This document shows, piece after piece, positions 8,979 through 17,689 of a DNA stretch of 27,312 nucleotides. The stretch lies in IMG/VR virus record IMGVR_UViG_3300037851_001080, positions 1 to 27,312 of that record. The stretch is one strand, 5' to 3'. Source of the DNA: a virus (taxonomy: Duplodnaviria; Caudoviricetes). Every line of letters begins with the position of its first letter. Position 1 is the first letter of the stretch. The notes beneath the pieces were generated by a model. That model saw only the letters and a program-made list of their open reading frames with translations. It searched no databases and was not told where the DNA came from. The position numbers and the translations under genes are program-made.

Positions 8979-9520
8979 GCCTTTGCCGCTTTCTTGATCT
9001 CTCTGGCAAGCACGTCGCCCATCGCATCAATGGCGGCTTGTTTGTTTTTGTCCACTGCCGGGCGCAGGAAGGGTTGCTTCTTTACGCCACCGGTTCGCTT
9101 GGCAAATGCCGCAAAGACCGTCCGACTGCTGGCGGTACCTTCGAATGCCAGGGCGCTGGCATTGACCGGCTTGATATCGTGCGGGGTGGCGCCGAATTCA
9201 AAGAAGCGATAATACCAATGGTCTTTGTCCGGTCCAACGGCGGCGAACTTGCCGCCGGCTTTGACCACCTTCGCAAGCATGGGATCCACGCGCTTGCGAA
9301 GGGAGCGACCGCCCACGAGGGCTAATTCCAGCGGACCTGGTGCGCGGGACTCGGCATCGGCATGGATCACCGCTCCGCCAGCCAACAACGCTTTTTCGAT
9401 GATCTCTTTGCGGGCGGCGCGTTCCAACTCCTTCAATGCTTTTTTGAAGTTCGCATACGAGACCGGGTCAAGCGATAGTTTCGCCTTGACATTGCCGCGC
9501 ATCCGCGGGCGGGAAGCCAT
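8975..9520 (-). CDS. HK97 gp10-like neck/tail component
   Basis: WYYRFFEFGAT and KQPFLRPAVD motifs. Confidence 0.85.
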   Translation of the reverse strand: MASRPRMRGNVKAKLSLDPVSYANFKKALKELERAARKEIIEKALLAGGAVIHADAESRAPGPLELALVGGRSLRKRVDPMLAKVVKAGGKFAAVGPDKDHWYYRFFEFGATPHDIKPVNASALAFEGTASSRTVFAAFAKRTGGVKKQPFLRPAVDKNKQAAIDAMGDVLAREIKKAAKA

Positions 9521-9684
9521 TATTTTTCCTTCTCCTCGCGCAACACCGGCTTGGGCAGGTTCACGGGTTCGGCTTCCTGCGCCTGGATATATTTCTTAGC
9601 CTCTTCCTCCGGCAGGTCCACCACCGAATCGGCGGGCCACACGGCGCCATTGATGACCTTGCCAACCTTCAGTTTGACTCTCAT
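9520..9684 (-). CDS. Small virion-module protein (54 aa)
   Basis: MRVKLKVGKVINGAVWPADSVVDLPEEEAKKYI; ATGA overlap with the upstream gene. Confidence 0.6.
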   Translation of the reverse strand: MRVKLKVGKVINGAVWPADSVVDLPEEEAKKYIQAQEAEPVNLPKPVLREEKEK

Positions 9685-10211
9685 ACCTCTACTCCTTCCA
9701 TAACATATTGACCAAAGATATCCACCAGCGGACCGCTGACAGCTTTGATCCGTTCGGGGTGAGGGCACTTTGTGAATGCCTGCCGCCAGCGTTCGAGATG
9801 ATGTTCCAATGGCACCCGGAATATCGGGTGATCGAACTCCGGGCGTGGGTGACAATACTTTACGTCGCCCTGGTAGCAATCCATCCCGCACAGCAGGACC
9901 GGATCGCAATCACTCCACAAGGCAAACCACGTCGCCAGGGCGGACGACATGTTCTCGTCCCACCAGCCACGCGGCAGGGTCACGTGGCTCTCCTCGAACG
10001 GACACACGATCATGCCGTCGAAATTCTCCGCAACCGCTCGCACAGCGGAGGTGTACGAACGTTTCAATTCGTCCTGATAGACCAGCACATGCGGCTTGCA
10101 ATGGTGGAACGCATGATCGTTGACGCTGATCAACCAGCAATCAGGCGGCAAACGCTTCAGGTCTTCGGGCAGGCTCGGTCCGCCTCCCAAAATGGCGGCG
10201 GCGCGGCTCAT
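9681..10211 (-). CDS. Glycosyltransferase-like protein (Maf/DUF115/sialyltransferase-like Rossmann motif)
   Basis: AAILGGGPSL...LISVND...SSALATWFALWSDCDPVLLCGMDCY; start MSRAAA overlaps the upstream stop (ATGA). Confidence 0.6.
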   Translation of the reverse strand: MSRAAAILGGGPSLPEDLKRLPPDCWLISVNDHAFHHCKPHVLVYQDELKRSYTSAVRAVAENFDGMIVCPFEESHVTLPRGWWDENMSSALATWFALWSDCDPVLLCGMDCYQGDVKYCHPRPEFDHPIFRVPLEHHLERWRQAFTKCPHPERIKAVSGPLVDIFGQYVMEGVEV

Positions 10212-10537
10212 GCCAGCACCTGCTCGCTGGTCAACACCAGTTCCCGCTTGCGGCCGTCGAAGTCCAGCACGCTCGTGATGCGATAGACATCCGAATCCAG
10301 CACGATCTCCATCTCGGGCGTCACATCCGTGCGATGCCGGATCTTCCACTTGGTGGACATACTCGCCACCTCCCGCCCGCTTTGGGTGGTCTCACTGCCC
10401 TGCCAGTCCTGTTTCTCTGCCCAGACCTCACAGACCGTGGCACCGGCGCCCTTGCGGCGTCCGAAGGTATCGCGTGTGGCGTCGCTGGGCGCATCCCGGA
10501 TCAGGATGCGATGGCGATATCGTCCGGCGGCTGGCAT
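10208..10537 (-). CDS. Head closure / head-tail adaptor (SPP1 gp16-like)
   Basis: AGRYRHRILI, VWAE, KWKIRHRTDVTPEMEI..YRITSV motifs; TAATG overlap. Confidence 0.88.
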   Translation of the reverse strand: MPAAGRYRHRILIRDAPSDATRDTFGRRKGAGATVCEVWAEKQDWQGSETTQSGREVASMSTKWKIRHRTDVTPEMEIVLDSDVYRITSVLDFDGRKRELVLTSEQVLA

Positions 10538-11106
10538 TAGAACCACCTCGGGCGCTCGTTCATCAGCGCCTCTTTCGGTCCATTGGGCACCTCGATGATC
10601 GTGCCGGCGATGGTGGTCTCACGGTTCTCGTACCAATGCCCGACGGTCATCAGGATCGCCTGCCGGATCGTGCCCGGCACTTCCGCCGGGGCGTCGCCAT
10701 AGCCTGCCACAAAACGCACCACCACGCCGCCGCTTTCCAGCAGGCTGTCACCGGGCAGGCTGTTGAAGATGATCTTGCCCGGCTCGCTCCGCGTATCCAC
10801 GACGTAGTCCGTCCAGGTGTGCTCGATATTATCGGCATCGTAGTATTTGACGGAGGTTACCGAGAGCAGGGGCGGGCGCGGCACCGCCAGCACATAGTTG
10901 TTGTGGGGCCACTCGTCGTAGACGGCTTCGAGCGTCTGCTGGATCAACGCCCGGCGGGACAACCCCTCGGCATGCTCACGTGCCGCGGCAAGGTAGAGAT
11001 CGAGCAAGCCATCCTCGGCGGTGGTATCGATCCGTAGGTGTTGCTTCACCGTTTCCAGGGAAACAGGCTCGACGGTCGGCGGGGTAATCAAACGCAGGGT
11101 CATCAT
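10537..11106 (-). CDS. Head-tail connector (HK97 gp6-like, long form)
   Basis: PTVEPVSLETVKQHLRID; VRFVAGYG; IRQAILMTVGHWYENRE. Confidence 0.92.
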   Translation of the reverse strand: MMTLRLITPPTVEPVSLETVKQHLRIDTTAEDGLLDLYLAAAREHAEGLSRRALIQQTLEAVYDEWPHNNYVLAVPRPPLLSVTSVKYYDADNIEHTWTDYVVDTRSEPGKIIFNSLPGDSLLESGGVVVRFVAGYGDAPAEVPGTIRQAILMTVGHWYENRETTIAGTIIEVPNGPKEALMNERPRWF

Positions 11107-11396
11107 GGGAACACACTCCGCACCTGGAACGCCGCTTCCTCGACCGCCGTGCAGACGCCCGTGCCTTCGAAGCGGAAATGCCATTCGCCGTTTTCGGTGG
11201 TGGTCACATCCACATGGTAGGCGCCGGTGGAATCTTTGACGAGCGCGGCATCCGTCAGATACACATAGGTGACGATCGTGCCGTTGGGCGATTTGACCCT
11301 GGCGGTCACGGCGCTGGGATCTGTCAACACATCCGCCACCTTGAAGGTCACGTCACAGCGCACTTTTTGTCCTTTTTTGTAGATATGGATGGTCAT
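11103..11396 (-). CDS. Small beta-sandwich (Ig-like) virion protein
   Basis: TDPSAVTARVKSPNG...STGAYHVDV...GEWHFRFEGTG alternating beta pattern; overlaps both neighbours. Confidence 0.6.
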   Translation of the reverse strand: MTIHIYKKGQKVRCDVTFKVADVLTDPSAVTARVKSPNGTIVTYVYLTDAALVKDSTGAYHVDVTTTENGEWHFRFEGTGVCTAVEEAAFQVRSVFP

Positions 11397-13717
11397 AACG
11401 GCGCATCCTCCAGCGTCGCCACCTCACGCACGTGATCCGACAGGTCGGCGGTCCAGGGTGTGGATACGGTCAACCCTACGACCTCCACCAGGCGGGTCGA
11501 GAGTTGGGCAAGCCCGAGCACGATCTGCCCGGAGGGGGTGATCGAGAACGCCAGGTCGGTTTCAAAGACCTGTAACACCATGACACGCTTCTGCCGGAAC
11601 AACGCCTGCGCCAGGTCAGCCTCAAGCGCCTGTGCCACGACCAACACTTTGCGGGAGGTGATGCCCTGCGCCGTATCGGTTTCTGACACCTGCGCCACCA
11701 AGATCTGTTTGACTTTCGCAAGCGCCTGGGCGATGTCCGTTTCGGATACCTGACCGACGACCTTCACTTTGCGACTCGTCAGCGCCTGTGCCAGGTCCGT
11801 CTCTTCGACCTGCTGAATCACATTGCCAGCCAGGCGGGTGACGGGTTGCGCCAGGTCGGTTTCGGATACCTGACCCAGTAAACGGGTTTTGAGTTTCGAG
11901 ATTGCCTGAGCGATGTCCGTCTCGATGACCTGCGCCACCGCTCGAATCTTTTGCCGGAGGATGGCTTGCGCTGAATCGGTTTCATTCACCTGGGCAATCC
12001 CCTTCACCTTGCGGCTCGTGAGCGCCTGTGCGACATCACTCTCCAAAACCTGACCCAGCAAACGGGATTTGAGTTTCGAGATTGCCTGAGCGAAATCGGT
12101 CTCAGTCACTTGACCGACGACCTTCGACTTGCGACTCGTAATGGCTTGCGCCATATCCGTCTCCGTCACTTGCCCTACCAGAATTAGCTTGATTCTTGCA
12201 ATGGCTTGCGCAATGTCTGTCTCGAGCGCCTGACCGACGACCTTCACCTTGCGACTCGTGAGTGCCTGCGCTACATCACTCTCCGTCACCTGGTTGACCG
12301 GCACATTGATTTGAGGCACTGTGACCGGTTGCGCCTCGTCTATTTCAAATACCTGGGCAATCAACTTCTGTTTGATGCGGGCAATCGCCTGCGCTGAATC
12401 AGATTCATTCACTTGCGCCACCGCAAAGATTTTCTGCCGGGCAATCGCCTGCGCCAAATCGGTTTCACTGACCTGTGCGATCGCTCGTTGTTTGATACGG
12501 GCAATCGGTTGCGCAAGATCCGTCTCCGTCACCTGGTTGACTGTAACGGTGATGCCGCTTGAAGCGGGCGGAATGGCGATGACATTCGCAATCCATTCCT
12601 CGGTTGCCGCCAGCGCAAACGTTCCAGGATCTTCGGTCTGTGTTTCAACCTTGCGCCATGCCACCTGAATCATCGTGGAGGATGTGGATTGCGCAGACTC
12701 TACTTGCGCCTCTGCCGTGTAATTCGTTGGTTCGTAAGGCGTGGTATTGTCATCGTCGTCACTGCCGTTGGTTGCGATCTCCAGCCATTTTTTTGACGAC
12801 CCCGCATCCAACGATGGGGGGGTAGGCGTACTACTCGAACCTGTTGCAGGCGTCCCCACCTTGATGTCGGTGCTTATCGTAACAACGCCGTGATCTGTGA
12901 TGCGTAATACCCGCGCCGCATAATCCTGCGATGCGCCAGTCAACGTGGCGGTGTCCGAACCCGCCGCTATTTTTGCCCATACCCCATGTGAGACGACATT
13001 GCCCGCATATTGCGTGTGGAATAATTGCGTCCATCCGCTAATCCCCATGTTCGTTCCGCCGGTGTTGTCATTGGACGCAATCGCAATCAGCAAATGCCCC
13101 GCGACGATTCCGCTCGGCATATTGAGAGCCACGCCTCCCGATAGCGATGTGCCGTTGGTGCTGGCGCCTGCCTCTATATTGGCGTAACCGTCCCATGCGC
13201 CGTTGTCAATCGAAAAATCATCTACACGGCTGTTCGCGCCGTTTCCGAAAACATAGATACCGCCATTGCCCGATGCTGGCGCACTGCCGTTACTTCCGCT
13301 CGCCCGTGATGTGGCGTTGACAAACAACTCGAACGCCGAACCGCTGGCTGTGATTTTCGCCACATCACCATCAGCGGGCGCGGTTGACCATGAGGCGATA
13401 ACTGTAAATGCGCCTGCGTTATACCATTCGATCTGCCAGTTCGTCGCGCCGTTGGCGTCACCGCATACCCAATCGGTCGCATTGGCTCTGACGAGCGGAC
13501 CCGCAAACTCGCCCACGCCGGTCTGTGCGATCGTAGCCTGTGCCTCTTGCGACGCGCCAGGTGTGTCCGCGCTCCAATACATCGAACAGTTAACCGACGC
13601 TCCCGCGCCGGTTACTTCGTTCGATACAATCGTTAAATCACTACCGACCGAGCCTGTCCAGTTCGAGCCAGGCGCGCCATCGGCACGATTGAAATCATCA
13701 GAGGCGGGCAATGCCAT
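11393..13717 (-). CDS. Large fibre/appendage-like protein with two N-terminal beta domains and about 17 copies of a 20-aa repeat
   Basis: N-terminal ASDDFNRADG lectin-like domain; second domain starting near LNMPSGIVAGHLLIA; repeat consensus QV.ETD.AQA....K..... Confidence 0.7.
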   Translation of the reverse strand: MALPASDDFNRADGAPGSNWTGSVGSDLTIVSNEVTGAGASVNCSMYWSADTPGASQEAQATIAQTGVGEFAGPLVRANATDWVCGDANGATNWQIEWYNAGAFTVIASWSTAPADGDVAKITASGSAFELFVNATSRASGSNGSAPASGNGGIYVFGNGANSRVDDFSIDNGAWDGYANIEAGASTNGTSLSGGVALNMPSGIVAGHLLIAIASNDNTGGTNMGISGWTQLFHTQYAGNVVSHGVWAKIAAGSDTATLTGASQDYAARVLRITDHGVVTISTDIKVGTPATGSSSTPTPPSLDAGSSKKWLEIATNGSDDDDNTTPYEPTNYTAEAQVESAQSTSSTMIQVAWRKVETQTEDPGTFALAATEEWIANVIAIPPASSGITVTVNQVTETDLAQPIARIKQRAIAQVSETDLAQAIARQKIFAVAQVNESDSAQAIARIKQKLIAQVFEIDEAQPVTVPQINVPVNQVTESDVAQALTSRKVKVVGQALETDIAQAIARIKLILVGQVTETDMAQAITSRKSKVVGQVTETDFAQAISKLKSRLLGQVLESDVAQALTSRKVKGIAQVNETDSAQAILRQKIRAVAQVIETDIAQAISKLKTRLLGQVSETDLAQPVTRLAGNVIQQVEETDLAQALTSRKVKVVGQVSETDIAQALAKVKQILVAQVSETDTAQGITSRKVLVVAQALEADLAQALFRQKRVMVLQVFETDLAFSITPSGQIVLGLAQLSTRLVEVVGLTVSTPWTADLSDHVREVATLEDAPL
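11546..12535 (-). repeat. Degenerate 60-bp tandem repeat array (about 17 units), coding
   Basis: Units such as QVSETDLAQAIARQKIFAVA and QVTESDVAQALTSRKVKVVG; near-identical DNA at 11881 and 12061. Confidence 0.9.
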
Positions 13718-13720
13718 GTG

Positions 13721-14263
13721 TTATGTCACCTCAGGGACGGGCTTTGAACCGTTCCACATTGTAGTTGACAGGCGCGCCACAAGCCCTTTGATGGTCTCGT
13801 TACTGCCAGGGTTTTGCTTTTGCCATTTGGCGCAAAAATTATTCAGGGCGTTTTGTTGTCCGGTCGTCAGGGCGTTGTATTGCGTTGTAACCGATGTACT
13901 GCCAAGCGATAACTCGGCTGAAAAAACAATCCGATTGAGCAACTCTCCAAGCGTCTCTGTGTCGTCGTAGGGAATGCCCAATTGCCCACACAGGTTCGAT
14001 ATGAAATTTCTTTGCGGGGTTGTCATCGTGCTGATAACGGTTTCCCATGTCAGACCGGCGGGCAATTGCCGCACGTTGGGACGCGCGGCAATCACCGCAT
14101 GATTTGCCTCGGTCGTATTGACCTTGACTAAAAACGCCCCGAATACAGGAACATCTTTACAGATGTAATTGCATACAATCCCGTCCAGTGCAACGGGGCG
14201 ATGTTTGTTGGTAACGCTCCACGGCGGTTCTGATTGCGGTATCAAATAGAATTGCTCGGGCAT
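13721..14263 (-). CDS. Hypothetical protein with an internal helical duplication
   Basis: ISTMTTPQRNFISNLC..DTETLGELLNRI versus YNALTTGQQNALNNFC..SNETIKGLVARL. Confidence 0.65.
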   Translation of the reverse strand: MPEQFYLIPQSEPPWSVTNKHRPVALDGIVCNYICKDVPVFGAFLVKVNTTEANHAVIAARPNVRQLPAGLTWETVISTMTTPQRNFISNLCGQLGIPYDDTETLGELLNRIVFSAELSLGSTSVTTQYNALTTGQQNALNNFCAKWQKQNPGSNETIKGLVARLSTTMWNGSKPVPEVT

Positions 14264-14275
14264 TTTCGTTTCAAC

Positions 14276-14755
14276 CTATGACGCTCGATAGAATCCAGCC
14301 GATGCGATCTGCGCCACAACATCACTCCCATCCGGGGTGACGGCGAAATCGTGCAGAGTCATCGGCACGATATTGGCATCGGTGCCACCGGTGGTATCGC
14401 TGTCGTAGTTGGTCACAAAATCACTGATCGCTCCAGTGCCATCGTTGGCAAGCGCCGTCCAGGTTTGATCGGGGATATCCAGATCGACACGGTCATTGGT
14501 ATCATCGGGCGCAAAAGCGACAATGTCCGCATCGGTTAGGGTCTTGCGGGCATAACCGGTATTCGTGGCTTCGTTGGTGGCGCCTGAAACCAAATCAGAG
14601 AATGTGTCTTTATCCCGCAGGGTTGCATCGCTCTCGACGCCGGAGGATGCGAGCAGGGCAATGATGATGGCGCTGTTCGCCGGATCGTTCGTGTCAACCC
14701 GGTTATACAACTCCGCCACGCGGCCTTTGGCAATATTGAAAATTAGATCAGCCAT
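14276..14755 (-). CDS. Virion structural protein (fibre/decoration-associated family)
   Basis: NEATNTGYARKTLT...DLDIPDQTWT...VTPDGSDVVAQIASAGFYR resembles small phage fibre-associated proteins. Confidence 0.6.
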   Translation of the reverse strand: MADLIFNIAKGRVAELYNRVDTNDPANSAIIIALLASSGVESDATLRDKDTFSDLVSGATNEATNTGYARKTLTDADIVAFAPDDTNDRVDLDIPDQTWTALANDGTGAISDFVTNYDSDTTGGTDANIVPMTLHDFAVTPDGSDVVAQIASAGFYRAS

Positions 14756-15287
14756 TTTTGCCTGCCTCTTTTTTGTATTGATTGTGTTGTTTTTTATTCA
14801 ACACACATTCAAAATATGTCAGCCATTGATAGCCAGCCGGTTCCGCTTCGATGGGGCTGGGTTTGCCCTTGTGCTTCATCGCAACATGCAGGCGCGCCAG
14901 CTCGCCGTTCTGATCGTCGGATAATTTTTCGCCGCAATGCAGACACCAACGACCGGGCATGCGCTTGATGGTGTACTCTAAATCTTCCGACCTGGTGCGC
15001 AGTGTCAGTTGATCGCCCGTGATGTTTGCGATGCCGAGTTTCAGGAACTCGGTAATCATGGGTGTCGAGAAGTTTTGCTCTGCCTTGACTCCGGTGTGGA
15101 TCAATTCCAATTCGGCAATCAGCGGCGGATTGACCAGATTGTCGCCGATCTGTTTGGCAAACGATTCCACCAGTTCATTGGGGACGCCGGTGGTTTTCAA
15201 TTTCACCTGCCATGTCTCTATGAGCGTAGCGCGCTCCATTTTGTAGCGTGCCAGGTCGGTCTCGTCGTAGATGCGTTTTAGTAACAT
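14748..15287 (-). CDS. Hypothetical protein with C2H2-like zinc finger
   Basis: CLHC-x15-H-x4-H; TAAGGAG RBS; immediately after the capsid gene. Confidence 0.65.
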   Translation of the reverse strand: MLLKRIYDETDLARYKMERATLIETWQVKLKTTGVPNELVESFAKQIGDNLVNPPLIAELELIHTGVKAEQNFSTPMITEFLKLGIANITGDQLTLRTRSEDLEYTIKRMPGRWCLHCGEKLSDDQNGELARLHVAMKHKGKPSPIEAEPAGYQWLTYFECVLNKKQHNQYKKEAGKNG

Positions 15288-15301
15288 ACGTGCTCCTTAG
15301 A

Positions 15302-15332
15302 GACTGCCCGCCCTTGTCAACGACGGGCAGTC
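15302..15332 (-). terminator. Hairpin after the major capsid gene (weak terminator or mRNA-stabilising stem)
   Basis: GACTGCCCG...CGGGCAGTC 9-bp perfect stem; no clear U-tract. Confidence 0.45.
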
Positions 15333-15350
15333 CAAAGTCAATGGATATTT

Positions 15351-16508
15351 TTATCCCAACAAGATCGCGGCGTGTTCCGGCTTGATCACACTCACGCCCC
15401 ACGCCAGGGAGACGTGATAGACGTTCATGCGGAAGCCAGGATAAACTGCGAATTCCAGCGAGATGCCCGAACGATCGTCAGTCACCACGGTGCGGTCAAG
15501 CGCCAGATCGCCTTCCAATGGCACGGCGGGCAGACGAGTCGCGAGGAGAATCGCATTGCGGCTGAAGCCCACATTAGCGGCAAAGTTGTTTCCGACGGTG
15601 ATGGCGGCATTGTCTGCCACAGCCTGGCGCAAGCCCGGCGCGGCGATCACCAGGTTCCCGGATGCGGCAATGATGGTGGTGTCCACCACGTATTTGTTGG
15701 TGTCGCCAGCAAAGGTAATCACGTCGCCGCGTTGGAAACCGGTGGCGCCTGCGGTGCCGGTGTCGAAGACAATGGTGGTTGTACCCACTGGATAGCCTGC
15801 GCCATTGTTGACCAGTGCGCCGGTCATCGTGCCTTTGGTGACAGTTGGCACTTGCGCGGATTCACGGAATGCAAACCCATGCACATCCAGGAGCGTGCCC
15901 TGGCGAAGCAGGGAACTGTCGTTGGCTTCGTTGGCTTTGGTCAACTGGGTCAGGGTGCGGACCTTTGCGCCCGCCGTTGTGCCAATCACAAGTGTGCGGT
16001 CTGACAACGGCGCGCCGTTATCATCCAGGATCTTGCGCAGGTTGGCGGTATCCGAAAGATCGGATGCGAATGGAGTAGTGCCTGCGGTTCCGTAGGCGCG
16101 TGAGGCGCCTTTATACGCCGCCAGCGCGATATCCAATTCCATTTCGTTGATCAAGCCGCGGATCGCCTGCGCAATCGCATCCTGCTTGACCGTCAGGAAA
16201 CCGGGTCCCTTATCAATGGACTTCTGCTCTTCGCCGGTCCATGAGAACGGATAGAAACGGGTCTTCGAGATGGTGAGGGATTTATTGCCGATGGTTTGGT
16301 CTGACGCCGCAGGAAACGACATTGCCGGGGTAATATCGCCACCAGCCACATTGGCGGGCGCGGAGGGAATGCGCAGGGTTTGATTCAACGCAACCTGATC
16401 GGCGTTTGAATCACGCGCTACACTGGGGATGAACCCAACCAGTTCGCGGGAGACCACATCCAATGCGGCATAGGCATCGGGAATGAGATTTGTAAGGGTA
16501 TTAGCCAT
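15351..16508 (-). CDS. Major capsid protein, P22 coat (gp5)-like family
   Basis: MANTLTNLIPDAYAALDVVSRELVGFIP, ASRAYGTAGTTPF, LRKILDDNGAP, LAWGVSVIKPEHAAILLG; position after the protease. Confidence 0.88.
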   Translation of the reverse strand: MANTLTNLIPDAYAALDVVSRELVGFIPSVARDSNADQVALNQTLRIPSAPANVAGGDITPAMSFPAASDQTIGNKSLTISKTRFYPFSWTGEEQKSIDKGPGFLTVKQDAIAQAIRGLINEMELDIALAAYKGASRAYGTAGTTPFASDLSDTANLRKILDDNGAPLSDRTLVIGTTAGAKVRTLTQLTKANEANDSSLLRQGTLLDVHGFAFRESAQVPTVTKGTMTGALVNNGAGYPVGTTTIVFDTGTAGATGFQRGDVITFAGDTNKYVVDTTIIAASGNLVIAAPGLRQAVADNAAITVGNNFAANVGFSRNAILLATRLPAVPLEGDLALDRTVVTDDRSGISLEFAVYPGFRMNVYHVSLAWGVSVIKPEHAAILLG

Positions 16509-16531
16509 GAGATTGTATCCTTGTTAAAAGA

Positions 16532-16888
16532 TTATTCTTCGACCCGCCCGCCAGATTTGATGAAGGCGGCGCGAGCTGATTGATCGAGCTCTTCGTATTC
16601 GGCGCGACTGATGGTTTTCTTCCCGGTATTATCGGGTTTGATGGGTTCATTAGTTGAGAAATTTTTCTCGGCGGCGGCGCGCAATTTTTCGCGCTCAGCT
16701 CGAATCGCTTCGATCTTCGTATTGAGCGCGCCAAGTTTTCCGGTCTCTTCGCCGATGCCAAGAATTTCCTGGTATTCTGCGCGCTCATCTTCGGTGAAGT
16801 CGCGGGATTCTGCATCCGCTGTATCAACCAATTTCGTGGCGCGCGCCAGGAGACTCTCGCGTTCTTTCATGAGGTCTCGTATATTCAT
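16532..16888 (-). CDS. Nested in-frame scaffold protein (118 aa)
   Basis: AAGGAG at 16902-16897 followed by ATG at 16888 (MNIRDLMKERE...) inside the protease ORF. Confidence 0.7.
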   Translation of the reverse strand: MNIRDLMKERESLLARATKLVDTADAESRDFTEDERAEYQEILGIGEETGKLGALNTKIEAIRAEREKLRAAAEKNFSTNEPIKPDNTGKKTISRAEYEELDQSARAAFIKSGGRVEE

Positions 16889-17689
16889 AATATTTGCTCC
16901 TTGAAACGTTTTTTCTTTTTGTGTTGCCAGCCGCTCACGCTCCTGCGTCAGTCCCGGCATCTGTAACTCACCGCCGGGCGCCTGCCCAGCCAGTAAGGGA
17001 TTTCCAACAGTCACCGTGTTCAATAACGCCGGTGGCACATTGATGTAATTGCGGACGGCTTGTTGCACATCCTGCTTGATCGGGCTGCCGCCCGTAATTA
17101 CCTCATCGGCAAAACCCAGGTCAACCGCCTGCTGGGCAGTCATCCAGGTTTCATCGTCCAGCATCTTCGAGATGAGTTCCCGCTCCATGCCAGTGCGAGC
17201 CATATAGGCATTGAGCAGTCCGTCTTTGAAGAGTTTCAATTGTTCCGAGAATTTTTCCAGCACATCTGCCGTCATCCAACCAAGCAAGAACGAGAACCCT
17301 GGATTGTGAACCATCATATACGCGGTATCGAAGATATGAATCTTGTCGCCCGCCAGCGCCACAGCCACAGCCGCGGAAGCCGCCAGCCCGTCGATCTTGA
17401 CCGTCACAAACCCGGGGTAATCCAACAGGGTCGAGCGGATCGCCGACGCCGCAAATATTTCGCCGCCGCCGCTATTGATCCGCACGGTGATGGGTCCGCC
17501 CTTGCCGATGGCGTACAGGTCTTCCCTGAATTTCTTGGGCGTGATGTCATCGCCCAGCCATGACCATTCCGAGATATAGCCGTAGAACTCGATCTCAGGG
17601 TCGCCGCCTGTCTGCAACGCATCCCGCACGCGCCAGAATGGTTCGAACGGTTTGGTATTGCCTTCCACCACGCGAATGGGGTTATTCAT
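16532..17689 (-). CDS. ClpP-type prohead protease with C-terminal scaffold extension
   Basis: ITVRINSGGGE, IDGLAASAA (Ser), MMVHNP (His), ETWMTAQQAVDLGFAD; charged coiled-coil tail. Confidence 0.92.
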   Translation of the reverse strand: MNNPIRVVEGNTKPFEPFWRVRDALQTGGDPEIEFYGYISEWSWLGDDITPKKFREDLYAIGKGGPITVRINSGGGEIFAASAIRSTLLDYPGFVTVKIDGLAASAAVAVALAGDKIHIFDTAYMMVHNPGFSFLLGWMTADVLEKFSEQLKLFKDGLLNAYMARTGMERELISKMLDDETWMTAQQAVDLGFADEVITGGSPIKQDVQQAVRNYINVPPALLNTVTVGNPLLAGQAPGGELQMPGLTQERERLATQKEKTFQGANIMNIRDLMKERESLLARATKLVDTADAESRDFTEDERAEYQEILGIGEETGKLGALNTKIEAIRAEREKLRAAAEKNFSTNEPIKPDNTGKKTISRAEYEELDQSARAAFIKSGGRVEE

